A DNA stretch of 64,000 nt from Octopus sinensis (GCF_006345805.1 NC_043005.1:19468001-19532000); one strand, 5' to 3'. Shown: positions 29,012 through 42,853, numbered from the stretch's first letter. The notes: generated by a model not told the origin, from the sequence alone. Numbers and translations are program-made.

Positions 29012-29242
29012 ATATCTTTTATCTTTTACTTTTATCAGTCATTTGGTTGCGGCCAAGCTGGGGCACCGCCTTGGAGAAATATTGGTCGAATGAATCGACC
29101 GCAGTACTTATTTCTTTATAAGCCTGGTACTTTTTTCTATCAGCCCTTTTGCCATACCGCTAAGTTACGGGGACGTTTGTCAATCGGTCGTGGTGGGGAG
29201 GAGAGAAAAACAAAGACACAAACACACACACACACACATACA

Positions 29243-29273
<31 letters not shown>

Positions 29274-29495
29274 GTGTGTGTGTGTGTGTGTATGTGCGTG
29301 CGTGCGTGTGTGTGCGTGTGTGTGTGTGTGCGTGTGTGTGTGAGGGGCTTCTTTCAGTTTGCGTCAACCAAATCCACTCACAAGATTTTAGTCGGCCCGA
29401 TGCTATAGTAGAAGACATTTGCTCAACGTGCTATGCAGTGGGACTGAACCCGGAACCATGTGGTTGGGAAGCAAACTTACCACATAGCCACGTCT
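29012..29495 (-). mobile_element. CORE-like SINE family B
   Basis: Reverse complement of family B with internal (CA/TACA)n. Confidence 0.85.
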
Positions 29496-30544
29496 ATGTG
29501 TATGTACGTCTATGTATATTATATATACATATGTGTTTGTCTGTCGGTCTGTGCGTGCATGCACCCACGAGCGTGTATGTATATGGGATTTTTTTCTGTA
29601 TTTATCTTATATAGAAATCAAGAAAAGTTGATAATGGATTTGAGAATAAAGTACCTTTGGCACAATACATTATAATTAATGGAATTGAAGAGCCTTGATA
29701 ATAACGAAAGCAAAAAATAAACAACATTTGGAAATTAGACCTTAATACCTATCCCACACATAGGAATTCATGGAGCTTGATACAAATTGAAATCGATAGC
29801 AAAATAAGAATGGGATTGGAAAAATACTTGGAATAAAACAGTAAAACGCTAAAGAGAATAAAATGTAAAAATAAACGAAAACATAATTTTGTTTATATAA
29901 AGAAGCAACGAAGCACGAATTAGAATATAATTCTTCCGTTTGACAAAACAATACGGGTAAAATGATGAGAAGTGTTTAAATGAATGAAAAGGGGAATCTA
30001 TAGGAATTCTGAAAACTAAGATGAAAATAGAGAGAAAAGCGTATTATGTTCAATGCGTTGCAAAATGCCGACTACTCATTAATCAATGTCCGGCGTCTCA
30101 GCACAGAATGGATCCACTTACCAGAGAGAATATAATTTTATGCGGAAACTCGGAGATATGGAAACGATGAGATTAAATGGACGTTTATTTTCTCTCTGCT
30201 CTGCCACACCCTCCTGATACAGTAATCTTGGCTTCATTTTTTAGATCTCATTCCACTTCAATTTTCTCTCAACTGCATCCACGTAAGCTTCTTTTCTCTC
30301 TTTTCCTTCCTTCTTCCACACACTCTCTCTCTCTCTTTTCTCTCTCTTTCTCTCCCCTTTCTCTCTCTCTCTCTCTTCCTACCTGTCTTCCTTCCTGTCT
30401 ACGTATGGACGCTCATGTTATTTCGCCCAATGAAAAAGAATGTAAACCGTTCATGTCTTTCTTTCCCCTACCATTTCAAGCCTGAGAAAAACACTACGTC
30501 CGAAACGTCGGTTGCTCCCCACAGCAATATTACTTTAGTCTTTA

Positions 30545-30720
30545 AGGCGGTGAGCAGGCAGAATCGTTTGCACGCCGGACAAAATGTTTTGAGGCATTTC
30601 ATCGGTCTTTATCTTCTGAGTTCAAATTGTTCCAATGTCGATAAAATAAGTACCAGTTGAATTCTGAGGGTAAACTTTTCACCTCCTCGAAATTGCTGAC
30701 CGTGGCCCAAAATTTGACAC
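30545..30720 (+). mobile_element. SINE family A
   Basis: aaggcggtgagcaggcagaatcg...gagttcaaatt. Confidence 0.7.
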
Positions 30721-30837
30721 TTATATCACTTTAGTCTTTCTATCGCACTCAGTCCCTCTCTGTCTGCACGCGCGTGCGAGCGTATATTCACACGAATATG
30801 CAGTGTGCATGTATATGTACACACACACACACACACA

Positions 30838-30930
<93 letters not shown>

Positions 30931-31029
30931 TTGCAGAGAGAGACAGAGAAAGAGAGTTAAAGAGAGAGAGAGAAAGAAGCAATCATGAGGAGTGGATTAA
31001 CAAATTAAATATAACAGCTATGGTCTGAT

Positions 31030-32154
31030 ATACAAAATTCTAGTGGTGTGAGTTCTGGTGAACGCGGAGAGTATTCAACGAAACCTTTCGTCCAATCCAC
31101 CTGTTTAGCAAGATCTCATCAAGGAAGGATATAACATCGCGATGGTAGTAAGGCGGCGAACTGGCAGAATCGTTAGCACGCTGGCCGAAATGCTTAGCAG
31201 TATTTCGCCCGTCGTTACGTTCTGAGTTCAAATTCCGCCGAGGTCGACTTTGCCTTTCATCCTTTCGGGGTCGATGTAATCGACTTAATCCCTTTGTCTG
31301 TCTTTGTTTGTCCCCTCTATGTTTAGCCCCTTGTGGGTAGTCAAGAAATAAGTGTGGGGGTGCCCCATCATGCTGAAATAAAACTCCTCATCATCAAAGT
31401 CTTCTCTAATGCTTGGCTTGATAGACTGTTTCAGCAAGTTCAAATAAACGGGACTAGTCACAGTAGCATCAAAAACGAATGATCCAATAAATTCTCTTGA
31501 TCATAAGTCCCACCACACTGTTATTACTGGTAAATTAACATGGTGTTCTTCCATAACATATGAATTGTCAGGACCCCAGTATGTGCAATTGTGGCGATTA
31601 ATTACTCATCACTCCATACAATCTTTGTTAGAAAGTGAGCATCTCCTACACGTTGTGTCACGTACCACTCGTAATACTGCTCTCTTCGGTCTGGATCATC
31701 GTCATTAATAGCATGGACTAATCAGGGAATGTAACTTTCCCATTGACAACGCTTCAAAATGCGTTGGACAGACGATTTTAAAATACCTACCTCACGACTC
31801 GCTTGCCGCTCAGATTTTCTTGAACTTTGGTGACACACTTCCAGTACTCCTTCTTGCATTGTGGAGGTCGTTGTACGTGGTCTTCCGGAACTCTTCTTGT
31901 GGACATTCAGAACAGTTCCATCGGCTTCAAATTCGAGTGGTTGGTTGATCTGTTTGAAACTCTCTCCTAAACTGTCTTCCACTTCAACTGCGTTTTCACA
32001 CTTTCAGTAGCATTTTGGAATGAATTTCCTTTGTTCAAAGCTTAGTCTAACTGCCTTCATTAATTCCAATGGGTTTAATCTGAAAAGAAGAAAAACAACA
32101 TCAATTGATTTATCAGCTGCTAAAGTGTGTTTACATTTTTGTGGGGACACCCTG
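31030..32154 (-). mobile_element. Tc1/mariner DD41D-type transposon remnant, interrupted by a SINE
   Basis: TA-cagggtgtccc left end; [55 protein letters not shown]; D-41-D spacing after restoring one frameshift. Confidence 0.75.
31150..31350 (+). mobile_element. SINE family A (Tx1-like tail) with AGT target duplication
   Basis: agt[aaggcggcgaactggcag...gtttagccccttgtgggtagtcaagaaata]agt. Confidence 0.9.
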
Positions 32155-33059
32155 TATATATTTCATTATCATTCTTATTATTATTACTATTTTCCAATTT
32201 ACCTTTTACTCACTATTATACTTTATCCTATTACATTACCTTATTTTATTTTATTTTTATTTTTATTTTATACTATTAAACTATTTCTAACTACTTCTTA
32301 AGTATTTTTTAATTCCTACGATATTATTTGCATAATCATTAGCTACCAATTCCATTTTTTTATAATTATCCAAAATATTTAGTATAATCCATTTTTTTAT
32401 TATACTTCTTATACTGTTATCCATTTGCTTTCATATAATTTTCTTATTATATGCTTTTTATCGTATACTTTATTTATCTAATTATTGATATGATGGCCAC
32501 GTTTCTTGTTTCATACCCACCCCTATCATAGAATCTCAGACTTATTGTCTTATTTCTATGGTCATTTGGCTATAGAAGGCTGTCAAATAAGTAAATATTT
32601 AAATAACTGGTTGACCTTACCTGATGTACTTAGCCTTAAAATCGCTTGTTGAATGGAATTAAAAGATAAAAGAAACTAACTAAAGTGGTAGGTTCGAGAT
32701 GCTTCGCTATCTGATACCCCTTACCCCACCCTCTAACCTTCTTCATCGCTAAAAATATTCGTTACTACCATGCCCTCACATGGCATCGCGTTTTCTCCTA
32801 TAATACTATCAAATTGAACTAACGAATTAATTCATATGACCAGGTAGTGTCATAGAATCACGAAGCTGCACATCCCATTGAATTTTGAATGTTTTTGAAT
32901 GTTGTTCATGTACTACCCTGATGAAAACGGCTTTTTTATAATGATGCAACCTCTCTATTAATCAATTAAAAATTCGCTGGAAACAGCTGTAGCGAACTGA
33001 TACAGTGTCCATCTGTTGTTATTTACTCAATTATATATATATATACCGGGGTTATGCAC

Positions 33060-33246
33060 TTAAATGTGAAACAAGGTGGAAAACAATAGTACACAAATAC
33101 CCGAGGTAGAGTAATATGCTTTATTTAAAAGCAGTACAAATATAACAAAAGCTGTTACTCAGAGTTTCACGTTCCCGTCCTACGAACAGGAACGTGAAAC
33201 TCTGAGTAACAGCTTCTGTTATATTTGCGCTGCTTTTAAATAAAGT
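33060..33246. repeat. Foldback of two HHR-bearing repeats joined at the ribozyme core
   Basis: gctgttactcagagtttcacgttccc|gtcctacgaacaggaacgtgaaactctgagtaacagc. Confidence 0.85.
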
Positions 33247-33698
33247 ATATATATAAATATGAGTAACAGTAGAGGTACAGGTGTCAATCCATTACGGCCG
33301 TTTCTAACGACTCCTCTAAATGATTAATCAAAAACATTACATCACTGTCTTGTAAAGAAACAGTTTTACACAGATGAATTCATGGACTTCAACATAAATG
33401 ACATTTGAAATTATTTAACATAGTAAAAATCCACAGCGCAAAAACATTTACAGTGATTCTGCTACTTTTTCAGTTCACAGAATGGATTTATCAAAATAGT
33501 TTATATTTAATCAGAACGGAAAAATTTAGAGGTTAGTATAGTTTTTATAAAGGGAAAGGAAAAATAGACTCCATTGACCCACTTATTTTTACTTCTAACA
33601 AGAGAGGAGGGTGCGGCTCCACTGATCTAGGTTTATCTATAAAGGAGTTGTTTAATGTCTACTGGTAGGTTGCCCAGACCACAATAATTTTCTTACCA

Positions 33699-33737
<39 letters not shown>

Positions 33738-33949
33738 TATATATATTATATATATATATACATATACTTATACATATACATATGTATGTGCATACATGTA
33801 CATGCAGCTAGAAACAACCTCAAAATATCTAATGCTAAAAAAAAACGGGATACGGCTGCAAGTAAGCCACCAAGGTGCGAAAACAGAAAGCAGGATCTGA
33901 AAAATTCACATTGAAGATGTCGCTGAACATCACAGGTAGCTGCTTAGAT

Positions 33950-34190
33950 AAAAAGGAGCACTCCGTCGGTTACGACGACGAGGGTCCCAGCTGATACGAT
34001 CAATGGAACCGCTTGCTCGTGAAATTAACGTCCAATACAGGTACAACTCATTTTTGCCAGATGAGTGGACTAGAACAACGTGAATTAAAGTGTCTTGCTC
34101 AAAGAAAGAACCCATTGCCGGGAATTGAACTTACGACCCTACGATCATAAGCCGAATGCCCTAACCACTAAGCCACGCGCCTTCACACGC
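33950..34190 (-). mobile_element. SINE family C relative
   Basis: cactccgtcggttacgacgacgaggg 3' end and tRNA-like head on minus strand. Confidence 0.8.
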
Positions 34191-34739
34191 TGCTTGAATA
34201 TATCATCACTGTATTACTTTACTGTAAAACATGATGCCTTAGTTATAACATTGTATCTATAAATTCGTAGAAATCATAACCCTGCGGAGGCAAATGTAAG
34301 AAACTAAAGTAGTAAAATGTCCCTTTTAAATCTTCAATAATATGCAAGTGTAACAGACAGGACAGAGTCATCTGGAACTGTATTGTAATTCTCTTGAGGC
34401 ATAGTTGTATAAATATAACAAATTTAATGGAAAACCTGCCATGCGAAAGAAAGGAGAATTTAATCGCTTATATTTCGGGTAACATACCTGTTAACGTAAC
34501 ACCGGGGCTTGTTGTTGGCTATGCTTATAGAATTAGCAAAGACAGAAACGTCAACGACAGCAGCAGTGGGCGCAGCAGCTGTCTTTAAGTGTTTTTTCCT
34601 TTGTGGAAGAAAATATTTAAGTATATCAAATAAAAGAAATTAATATGTTATAGTTTCTTTCGCATCGCAAGAAACATTTCATTGATGTCTTTTTTCCCTG
34701 TAAAGATCTGGGCTATAGAAATGAAAGTTATGCATACCG

Positions 34740-35020
34740 GTTGAAAATCAGATCAGCAGCAGATGTCAACATCATGTTAAATATTAAGGATAAAGAAAAC
34801 ATCTACACTGAATAGATGAGAAACCTATAGTTACTCCATCTCGACTACAATTTTAGATTTCGGACAATTATTATTGGAGTGCTTGGCTCAGTACCAGTCT
34901 TAGAAAGCTGGGATAGTTTCACAAAACTAAAGAAATGCAGCTAATCAAAAGATTACTTCTACAAAATAGGTAGTGTCCAAATATATAAAATATTCAAGAA
35001 GTTCAGCAATTAATAAGATT
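34740..35020 (+). mobile_element. Highly decayed R4/Dong-like REL C-terminus
   Basis: Nucleotide similarity to 46080-46350 (gatgt(t/c)aacat.., aa(a/t)atctac(a/t)ctgaa, IIIGVLG, KIFKKF). Confidence 0.5.
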
Positions 35021-35975
35021 CACATATGCAATGAAATCCATACCTGCGCCCATATGCACACACATATGCACATGCATACATGTTAACACACACACACACG
35101 CACACACACCCCTATATATATATATTTATTTATATATATGCAAACTGCTGATTTTGGCATCAGAGGAAGAGCAAGTGTATTATTCTATTAATATCTATAG
35201 GTTTTTGACCAAATGATTTGCAAAATTTTCCACAGGAAGTAACGTGCATATTCCATGATACGGCTACTTGCCAAACAGTATATTGATTTTTGCCTAGTGA
35301 CGGCATAAAAGACTTCATCAAAGAACATCATTCTTTGCCGATCTGCCTAAGCTCAATGACAAATAAATAATTATTGCAATTTTCTGTTTTCTATCTCACA
35401 CTATAACGACTACTATCTGTAAACTACACAGCAATTTAAAATTCACTTATGTGGAACTTCTAAACTGACGAAGAATCCATTCTAGATAAGATATAGTGTA
35501 AGACAAACAAATAAGCTCTTACAAAGTTTTAAAATTTTCACTTCCGCATATATTTAAGAAATGAAAGAAATATATATTTGAAAATTTACTTAGCAGTAAA
35601 AGTTTTACAGCAAGAATTTTAAAGTAATTACATTTTTTTTTTTGTTTTCGTCGAAAAGTATATACATATAAGTATGTATATGTATATGTACACACACACC
35701 ACACACACACACACAAACACACATACAAACACGCGCGTGTGCATTTCCAGTAACAATTTCATTTCGGGAGCTTTGCTACACTTTCACTACTTGAAATTTC
35801 CTCTAACATGTGGCATTTGGTGAATGAGGGTAATTTTGCTGCTCTCCTTTGTATTTCTTGCTCCGAGGTAGGTTCTGTTACTTTTATCGCTTTTGATTCC
35901 AAAGTTTGGTACAAGTTCTTCTAAGATATTCCAAGTGTATATCACTTTATCTTTCCTGCCTTCTATATATTAGAT

Positions 35976-36041
<66 letters not shown>

Positions 36042-36374
36042 GATAGATAGATATATAGATATGTGCTTTTACGAGTCAATCTATGTATCTGTCTATCTAT
36101 ACATATATGTACTCATACACATGCAGATATACGCGTACACACATACACACGCACGCACACACACACACCACACACACACACACGCGCGCGCGCACACACA
36201 CGCATGCATTATTACTTAACACAGGCATGGAGCACTTACATTCAGAATTCTGACTTTCTCGATAGTGATTGATTCAATACTCATTATCGTTCATAAAGTG
36301 TTGCAGCACCTAACGTGCAAGAGAAATTATCGAATTAATTGTGGCCGAGAAACTCAGAGTTCTGAATATAAGTA

Positions 36375-36505
36375 AATTTACATTATTTACATTTGTCCTC
36401 ATCTTGTTTGTTGTTGACATATTTCGGCTTGTGTACCCTCCAGCCTTCATCAGATGTCTTGGGTAAATTTCGAACCTGGGTTCTCATTCCTAAGGTATAT
36501 TTTGA
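36375..36505 (-). mobile_element. HHR-bearing short repeat (NENPGSKFPQDT family), decayed
   Basis: caagacatctgatgaaggctggagggtacacaagccgaaa on minus strand. Confidence 0.8.
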
Positions 36506-36516
36506 TGTTGTTGTTG

Positions 36517-36592
<76 letters not shown>

Positions 36593-36660
36593 GCCCACGG
36601 ACATACGGCGTAGTGGTTAAGAGCGTGGGCTACTAATCTCAAGTTTCCGTGTTCGATTCC

Positions 36661-36715
<55 letters not shown>

Positions 36716-36736
36716 TAATAAATGCACTGATACAGT

Positions 36737-37222
36737 ACCAGGCAGTGGCTCCCATGGCTTCTGATTTTAACTGGTTGGAAGTGTTACCATGTACATTGTT
36801 TTGTCTTGGCATAAAAGATGGGCTACAACAAATATTCTGCTCAAAACCACAGATCTGCTTGTCAGTTGTTTGACCCTAACTAGTTGAACATGCCTCTTAG
36901 TGGCTGACGATATGTGCACTTCTGATCACGAGCAGAAGTAGTGGGGGAGCATCATAGCCATGTGTTGAGGGGGATTCTTTGGGGTTTGAATAATTCACCT
37001 CTGGAAACATGGATGTTTCGTTCAACATCCTTAAACAATCCTTATTCAGGGATTTTTTGAGCGAGATTGGGTACTCGACCAGAAGAAAATTCTAACTGGG
37101 TCCCCACCTGCAAGCTCATGTGCTGTTTATCTTGATATGAGATCACCATGCCGCGCACATATGGTTGTGATGCATGTGCCTATTGTACCCTTGATGGCAT
37201 GCACTGCTCCCTCACTCAATAA
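36737..37222 (+). mobile_element. ~540-bp element, copy 3 (3' internal deletion)
   Basis: caggcagtggctccc...gcactgctccctcactc(aat)n. Confidence 0.9.
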
Positions 37223-37259
37223 TAGTAATAATAATCATAATAATAATAATAATAATAAG

Positions 37260-37801
37260 TACCAGGCAATGGCTCTCATGGCTTCTGATCTTAACTGATT
37301 GGAAGTGTTATCATGTACATTGTTTTGTCTTGGTATAAAAGATGGGCTACAGCAAATATTCTGCTCAATACCACAGATTTGCTTGTCAGTTGTTTGACCT
37401 TAACCAGTTGAGCATGTCCCTTAGTGGCTGACGATATGTGCATCTCTGATCACGAGCTGAAGTAGTGGGGGAGCATCATAGCCATATGTTGAGAGGGATT
37501 CTTTGGGGTTTGAATAATTCACCTCTGGAAACATGGGTGGTTCTTTCAACATCCTTAAACAATCCTTATTCAGGGACCTTTTGAGCGGGATGGGCTACTC
37601 AACCTGAAGAAAATTCTAACTGGGCCCCACCTGCAAGGTCATGTGCTGTTTATCTTGATATGAGATCACCATGTCGTGCACATATGGTTGTGATGCATGT
37701 GCCTGGTGTACCTTTATCAGACGGGTAGTCATGATGGGTATATTGGGCTTCGTATATTTTACCCCAGTGTCACTTTGATGGCATGCACTGCTCTCTCACT
37801 C
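37260..37801 (+). mobile_element. ~540-bp element, copy 4
   Basis: Full length, (AAT)n both sides. Confidence 0.9.
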
Positions 37802-37809
37802 AATAATAA

Positions 37810-37865
<56 letters not shown>

Positions 37866-37895
37866 GGAATAAGATGCCAGGTTCAAAATTTCCCC

Positions 37896-37943
37896 AAGAT
37901 ACCTGATGAAAGCTGGAGAGTATATTAGCCGAAACGTTGTCTT
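37896..37943 (+). ncRNA. Minimal type I HHR (NENPGSKFPQDT family); sister copies 39483-39530 and 41810-41857 carry core mutations
   Basis: AAGATAC|CTGATGA|a|AGCTG..TAGCC|GAA|ACGT|T|GTCTT. Confidence 0.65.
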
Positions 37944-38177
37944 AACAACAAAGATGAGGACAAATATCCATCAAATGTAAATAATGTAAATAATGTACAT
38001 AATTCCTCATCTGTTAAATATGGAACTGAATATAAGTATTCCATGGCTGTGTCATTTAATGAATTTCATCTTCTATTTCTAACGAAACTGGGGTCTACTT
38101 CTGTTGTTACCCACGTAGTTTTTCGACACATACATATATATATATATATATATACATATATGTATGTGTGAGTGTTT

Positions 38178-38258
<81 letters not shown>

Positions 38259-38781
38259 GCTAATACTTATTTTATATTTAGTTATATAGTAAGACGGAAG
38301 TATTAAATCGAAAGAATGGCTCAATGCATATCAATAGAGGAACACATTTACTTCATTTTGCAAAGAAATTTTTTCTTGTCAGTGTATGTGAGTGTGTACG
38401 TGTGTGTGTGTGTGTGTGTGTGTGTTGTGTGTGTGTGTGTGTGTGTCTGTGTGTGGTGTACTATCGTAATCGAAGAGCAATTTATTCTGGATATCATCCA
38501 ATAGCCTGTAAACTCCAGGTTTCACAACAAAAATCCATAGCAATTAACGACAGTTGCACATTGGTGGTTATCGTTAAAGTCCACAGATCCGAGTAGTTTC
38601 CGTGTCCATCACAGCAGTCCCGTTTGCATGATGTTCCATTACGTACTCCACCTTCGCCGACGAGGACCAGCCTACTCAGAGGTTTGTAGCTAAAACTACA
38701 CACACACGCGCGCATACAAGCGTACACTCACAAACATATACACAAATATACAAACACACGCATACACGCAAACGCAGACAC

Positions 38782-38855
<74 letters not shown>

Positions 38856-38861
38856 CATAAT

Positions 38862-39402
38862 CAGGCAATGGCTCTCATGGCTTCTGATCGTAACTGATTG
38901 GAAGTGTTATCATGTACATTGTTTTGTCTTGGTATAAAAGATGGTCTACAGCAAATATTCTGCTCAAAACCACAGATTTGCTTGTCAGTATTTTGACCTT
39001 AACCAGTTGACCATGTCTCTTAGTGGCTGACGATATGTGCATCTCTGATCCTGGGCAGACGTAGTGCGGGAGCATCATAGCTGTGCGTTGAAAGGAATTC
39101 TTAGAGGCTTGGATAATTTACATCTGGAAACATGGAAGTTTCGTTCAACATCCTTAACCAACGCTTATTCAGGGACCTTTTGAGCGGGATTGGGTACTCG
39201 ACCAGAAGAAAATTCTAACTGGGCCCCACCTGCGAGGTCATGTGCTGTTTATATTGATATGAGATCACCATGTCACACACATATGGTTGTGATGCAAGTG
39301 CCTAGTGCACCCTTATCAGACGGGTAGTAATGATGGGTATACCGGGCTTCGTATATTATACCCCAGTGTCACTTTGATGGCATGCACTGCTCCCTCACTC
39401 AA
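38862..39402 (+). mobile_element. ~540-bp element, copy 5
   Basis: Full length, (AAT)n both sides. Confidence 0.9.
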
Positions 39403-39757
39403 TAATAATAATATTAATAATAATAATAATAATTACATCGAAAAATTCCTTAGGAATGAAAACCCAGGTTCGAAATTTCCCCAAGATACCTGATGAAGGC
39501 TGGAGGGTGTATCAGCCAAAACGTTGTGTTAACAACAAAGATGAGGACAAATACCCATCAAATGTAAATAATGTAAATAATGTACATAATTCCTCATCTC
39601 TTAAATATAGAACTGAATATAAGTGTTCCATGGTTGTGTCATTTAATGAATTTCATCTTCTATTTCTAACGACACTGGGGTCTACTTCTGTTGTTACCCA
39701 TGTAGTTTTTCGACACACACACATATATATATATATACATATATGTATGTGTGAGTG

Positions 39758-39813
<56 letters not shown>

Positions 39814-40377
39814 GCTAATACTTATTTTATATTTAGTTATATAGTAAGACGGAGGTATTAAATCGAAAGAATGACTCAATGCATATCAATAGAGGAACAC
39901 ATTTACTTCATTTTGCAAAGAAATTTTTTCTTCTCAGTGTATGTGAGTGTGTACGTGTGTGTGTGTGTGTGTGGTGTGTGTGTGTGTGTGTATGAGTGTG
40001 TGTGGTGTACTATCGTAATCGAAGCGCAATTTATTCTGGATATCATCCAATAGCCTGTAAATTCCAGGTTTCACGACAAAAATCCATAGCAATTAACGAC
40101 AGTTGCATGTTGGTGGTTATCGTTAAAGTCCATAGATCCGAGTAGTTTCCCTGTCCATCACAGCAGTCCCGTTTGCATGATGTTCCATTACGTACTTCAC
40201 CTTCGCCGACGAGGACCAGCCTACTCAGAGGTTTGTAGCTAAAACTACACTCACACGTGCGCATACAAGCGTACACTCACAAACATATACACAAATATAC
40301 AAACACACTCATACACACAAAGGCAGACACATTATAATGATAATAATAATAATAATAATAATAATATAATAATAATA

Positions 40378-40406
<29 letters not shown>

Positions 40407-40408
<2 letters not shown>

Positions 40409-41005
40409 GCCCCATGAAAAAATCTGGTGGGAACACAAACCACCCCCAGTGCTTGAAAATGTCCACATCTCACTCCTCTGGAACTTCCCCATTCAAACTG
40501 ACAGAAAGATAGACGCAAATAGGCCAGACAACATATTGAAAGACTTCAAACAAAGAACATGCCTCCTCATTGATATGACTGTCCCAATCGATATAAACGT
40601 ATCTGTCAAGACCTACAAAAAACTGAGCAAATATAAAGATCTTGAAATAGAAATCAGCAAAATGTGGAACCTGAAGACTAAAACAGTACCTGTTGTCATA
40701 GGTGCCCTGGGAATGATAGCAAAAGGGGCTGATTGCTACCTAACTCAGATACCAGGAAACCCAAAAATGGCAGAAATTCAAAAGAAAGTGCTCATGGGAA
40801 CTGCTCATATCCTACGCAAAATACTTTCTATGTAATCTCAAGGTTTAAAACAAACATTTTTTTTAGACATCCACTAGTACAACACAAAAAAACAACCAAA
40901 TATATGGCACACTAGGCATAACAACAACGTGAACTTCCAACCTGTTGTCTCTGGGTGAGACTTGGATCCAACTTGTACAAATATAAAGCAAAAGTCAAAC
41001 ATAGA
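40407..41005 (+). mobile_element. 5'-truncated R4/Dong-like LINE: REL endonuclease + 3' UTR in (AAT)n
   Basis: ORF 40407-40835: WWEHKP..NRPD..LLIDMTVP..KLSKYKDL..VPVVIGALG..GTAHILRK (PD-(D/E)-K REL motif). Confidence 0.9.
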
Positions 41006-41014
41006 ATAATAATA

Positions 41015-41080
<66 letters not shown>

Positions 41081-41602
41081 CAGGCAGTGGCTCTCATGGC
41101 TTCTGATCTTAACTGATTGGAAGTGTTATCATGCACATTGTTTTGTCTTGGTATAAAAGATGGGTTACAGCAAATATTTCGCTCAAAACCACAGATCTGC
41201 TTGTCAGTTGTTTGACCTTAACCAGTTGACCATGTCTCTTAGTGGCTGACGATATGTGCATCTCTGATCACGAGCAGATGTAGTGGGGAAGCATCATAGC
41301 CATGTGTTGAGAGGGATTCTTTGGGGTTTGAATAATTAATCTCTGGAAACATGGATGTTTCGTTCAACATCCTTAAACAATCCTTATTCAGGGATCATTT
41401 GAGCGGGATTGGTTACTCGATCAGAATAAAATTCTAACTGGGCCCCACCTGTAAGGTCACGTGCTGTTTATCTTCATATGAGATCACCATGTCGAGCACA
41501 CATGGTTGTGATGCATGTGCCTAGTGTACCCTTACCAGACGAGTAGTCATGATGGATATACTGGACAGTGTCACTTTGATTGCATGCACTGCTCTCTCAC
41601 TC
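41081..41602 (+). mobile_element. ~540-bp element, copy 6
   Basis: Near full length, (AAT)n both sides, followed by HHR repeat 41760-41890. Confidence 0.9.
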
Positions 41603-41638
41603 ATAATAATAATATTAATAATAATAATAATAATAATA

Positions 41639-41735
<97 letters not shown>

Positions 41736-42199
41736 TGATAATAATAATAATAACAACAACAACATCGAAAAATACTTTAAGAATGAGAACCCAGATTCGA
41801 AATTTCCCCAAGACACCTGATGAAGGCTGGCGGGTATATAGGCCGAAGCGTTGTGTTAACAACAAAGATGACAAATGTAAATAATGTACTTATATTCAGA
41901 ACATGCATATATATTGCAGGAAACGATTGTTGATTCACACACCTTGGTTACTAGGAATGTGTGCGTATGTGTACGTGTGTGTGTGAATATGTATACAGAT
42001 ATATATATAGAGATAGATAGATAGATAGATAGATGTTTATATATACATATATATAGTTCATAGAGGAGAATCAGATATTTTACAATCGAGCGGGTATAGA
42101 AGTAAATGTAGGCTCAAGCAAGTTAGGCTGGTCAATATATATAAAGTATATTAAATACATGAAATAATGAAATACAAAAAAAGTCTATATATTTATATT

Positions 42200-42470
42200 G
42201 AAAAAGGTTCGATTTACATAGAATAGAAAGGATTTCAAAAATTAAACGGGTTGAAGAAGAGAATTACAAATCCAACAGCTCTTTCTGGGGGTTCGGTGGT
42301 CCAAAATAACGTTTGTAAATTGATTCCTTGATACCAATCCACGATGGAATCAATCCACAAACATTATTTCGACTACAGAGCCCCCAGAAACAGCTGTTGT
42401 GTTTGTAATTCCTTTCTTCACCCCCTTTAATTCTAGATATCATTTCTATTCTGTGTACGTCGGACCTTTT
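42200..42470. repeat. Diverged head-to-head foldback with HHR-like gaaacagctgt
   Basis: 42200-42328 inverse of 42346-42470. Confidence 0.75.
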
Positions 42471-42524
42471 CCTATATAATTACATACACAATTTTTGTAA
42501 TTCATGCATTTAATATATATTTCT

Positions 42525-42750
42525 TTACTACCCACAAGGGGCTAAACACAGAGAGGACAAACAAGGACAGACAAACGGATTAAGTCGATTACATCGACTC
42601 CAGTGCGCAACTGGTACTTAATTTATCGACCCCGAAAGGATGAAAGGCAAAGTCGACCTCGGCGGAATTTGAACTCAGAGCGTAACGGCAGACGAAATAC
42701 GGCCACGCATTTCGCCCGGCGTGCTAACGTTTCTGCCAGCTCGTCGCCTC
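42525..42750 (-). mobile_element. SINE family A, full length, Tx1-like tail
   Basis: Reverse complement of head through tgtgtttagccccttgtgggtagtaaagaaa. Confidence 0.9.
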
Positions 42751-42818
42751 ATGCATTTAATATACTTTATACTTATCCTTAAATTTACTCATATATATAT
42801 ATATATTATATTATATTA

Positions 42819-42853
<35 letters not shown>

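Larger units (their letters stand above)
37255..40400 (+). repeat. ~1.6-kb tandem duplication (37255-38855 / 38856-40400)
   Basis: Colinear order: 540-bp element, HHR repeat, (GT)n blocks, unique 38480-38780 vs 40030-40340; many substitutions between units. Confidence 0.95.
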
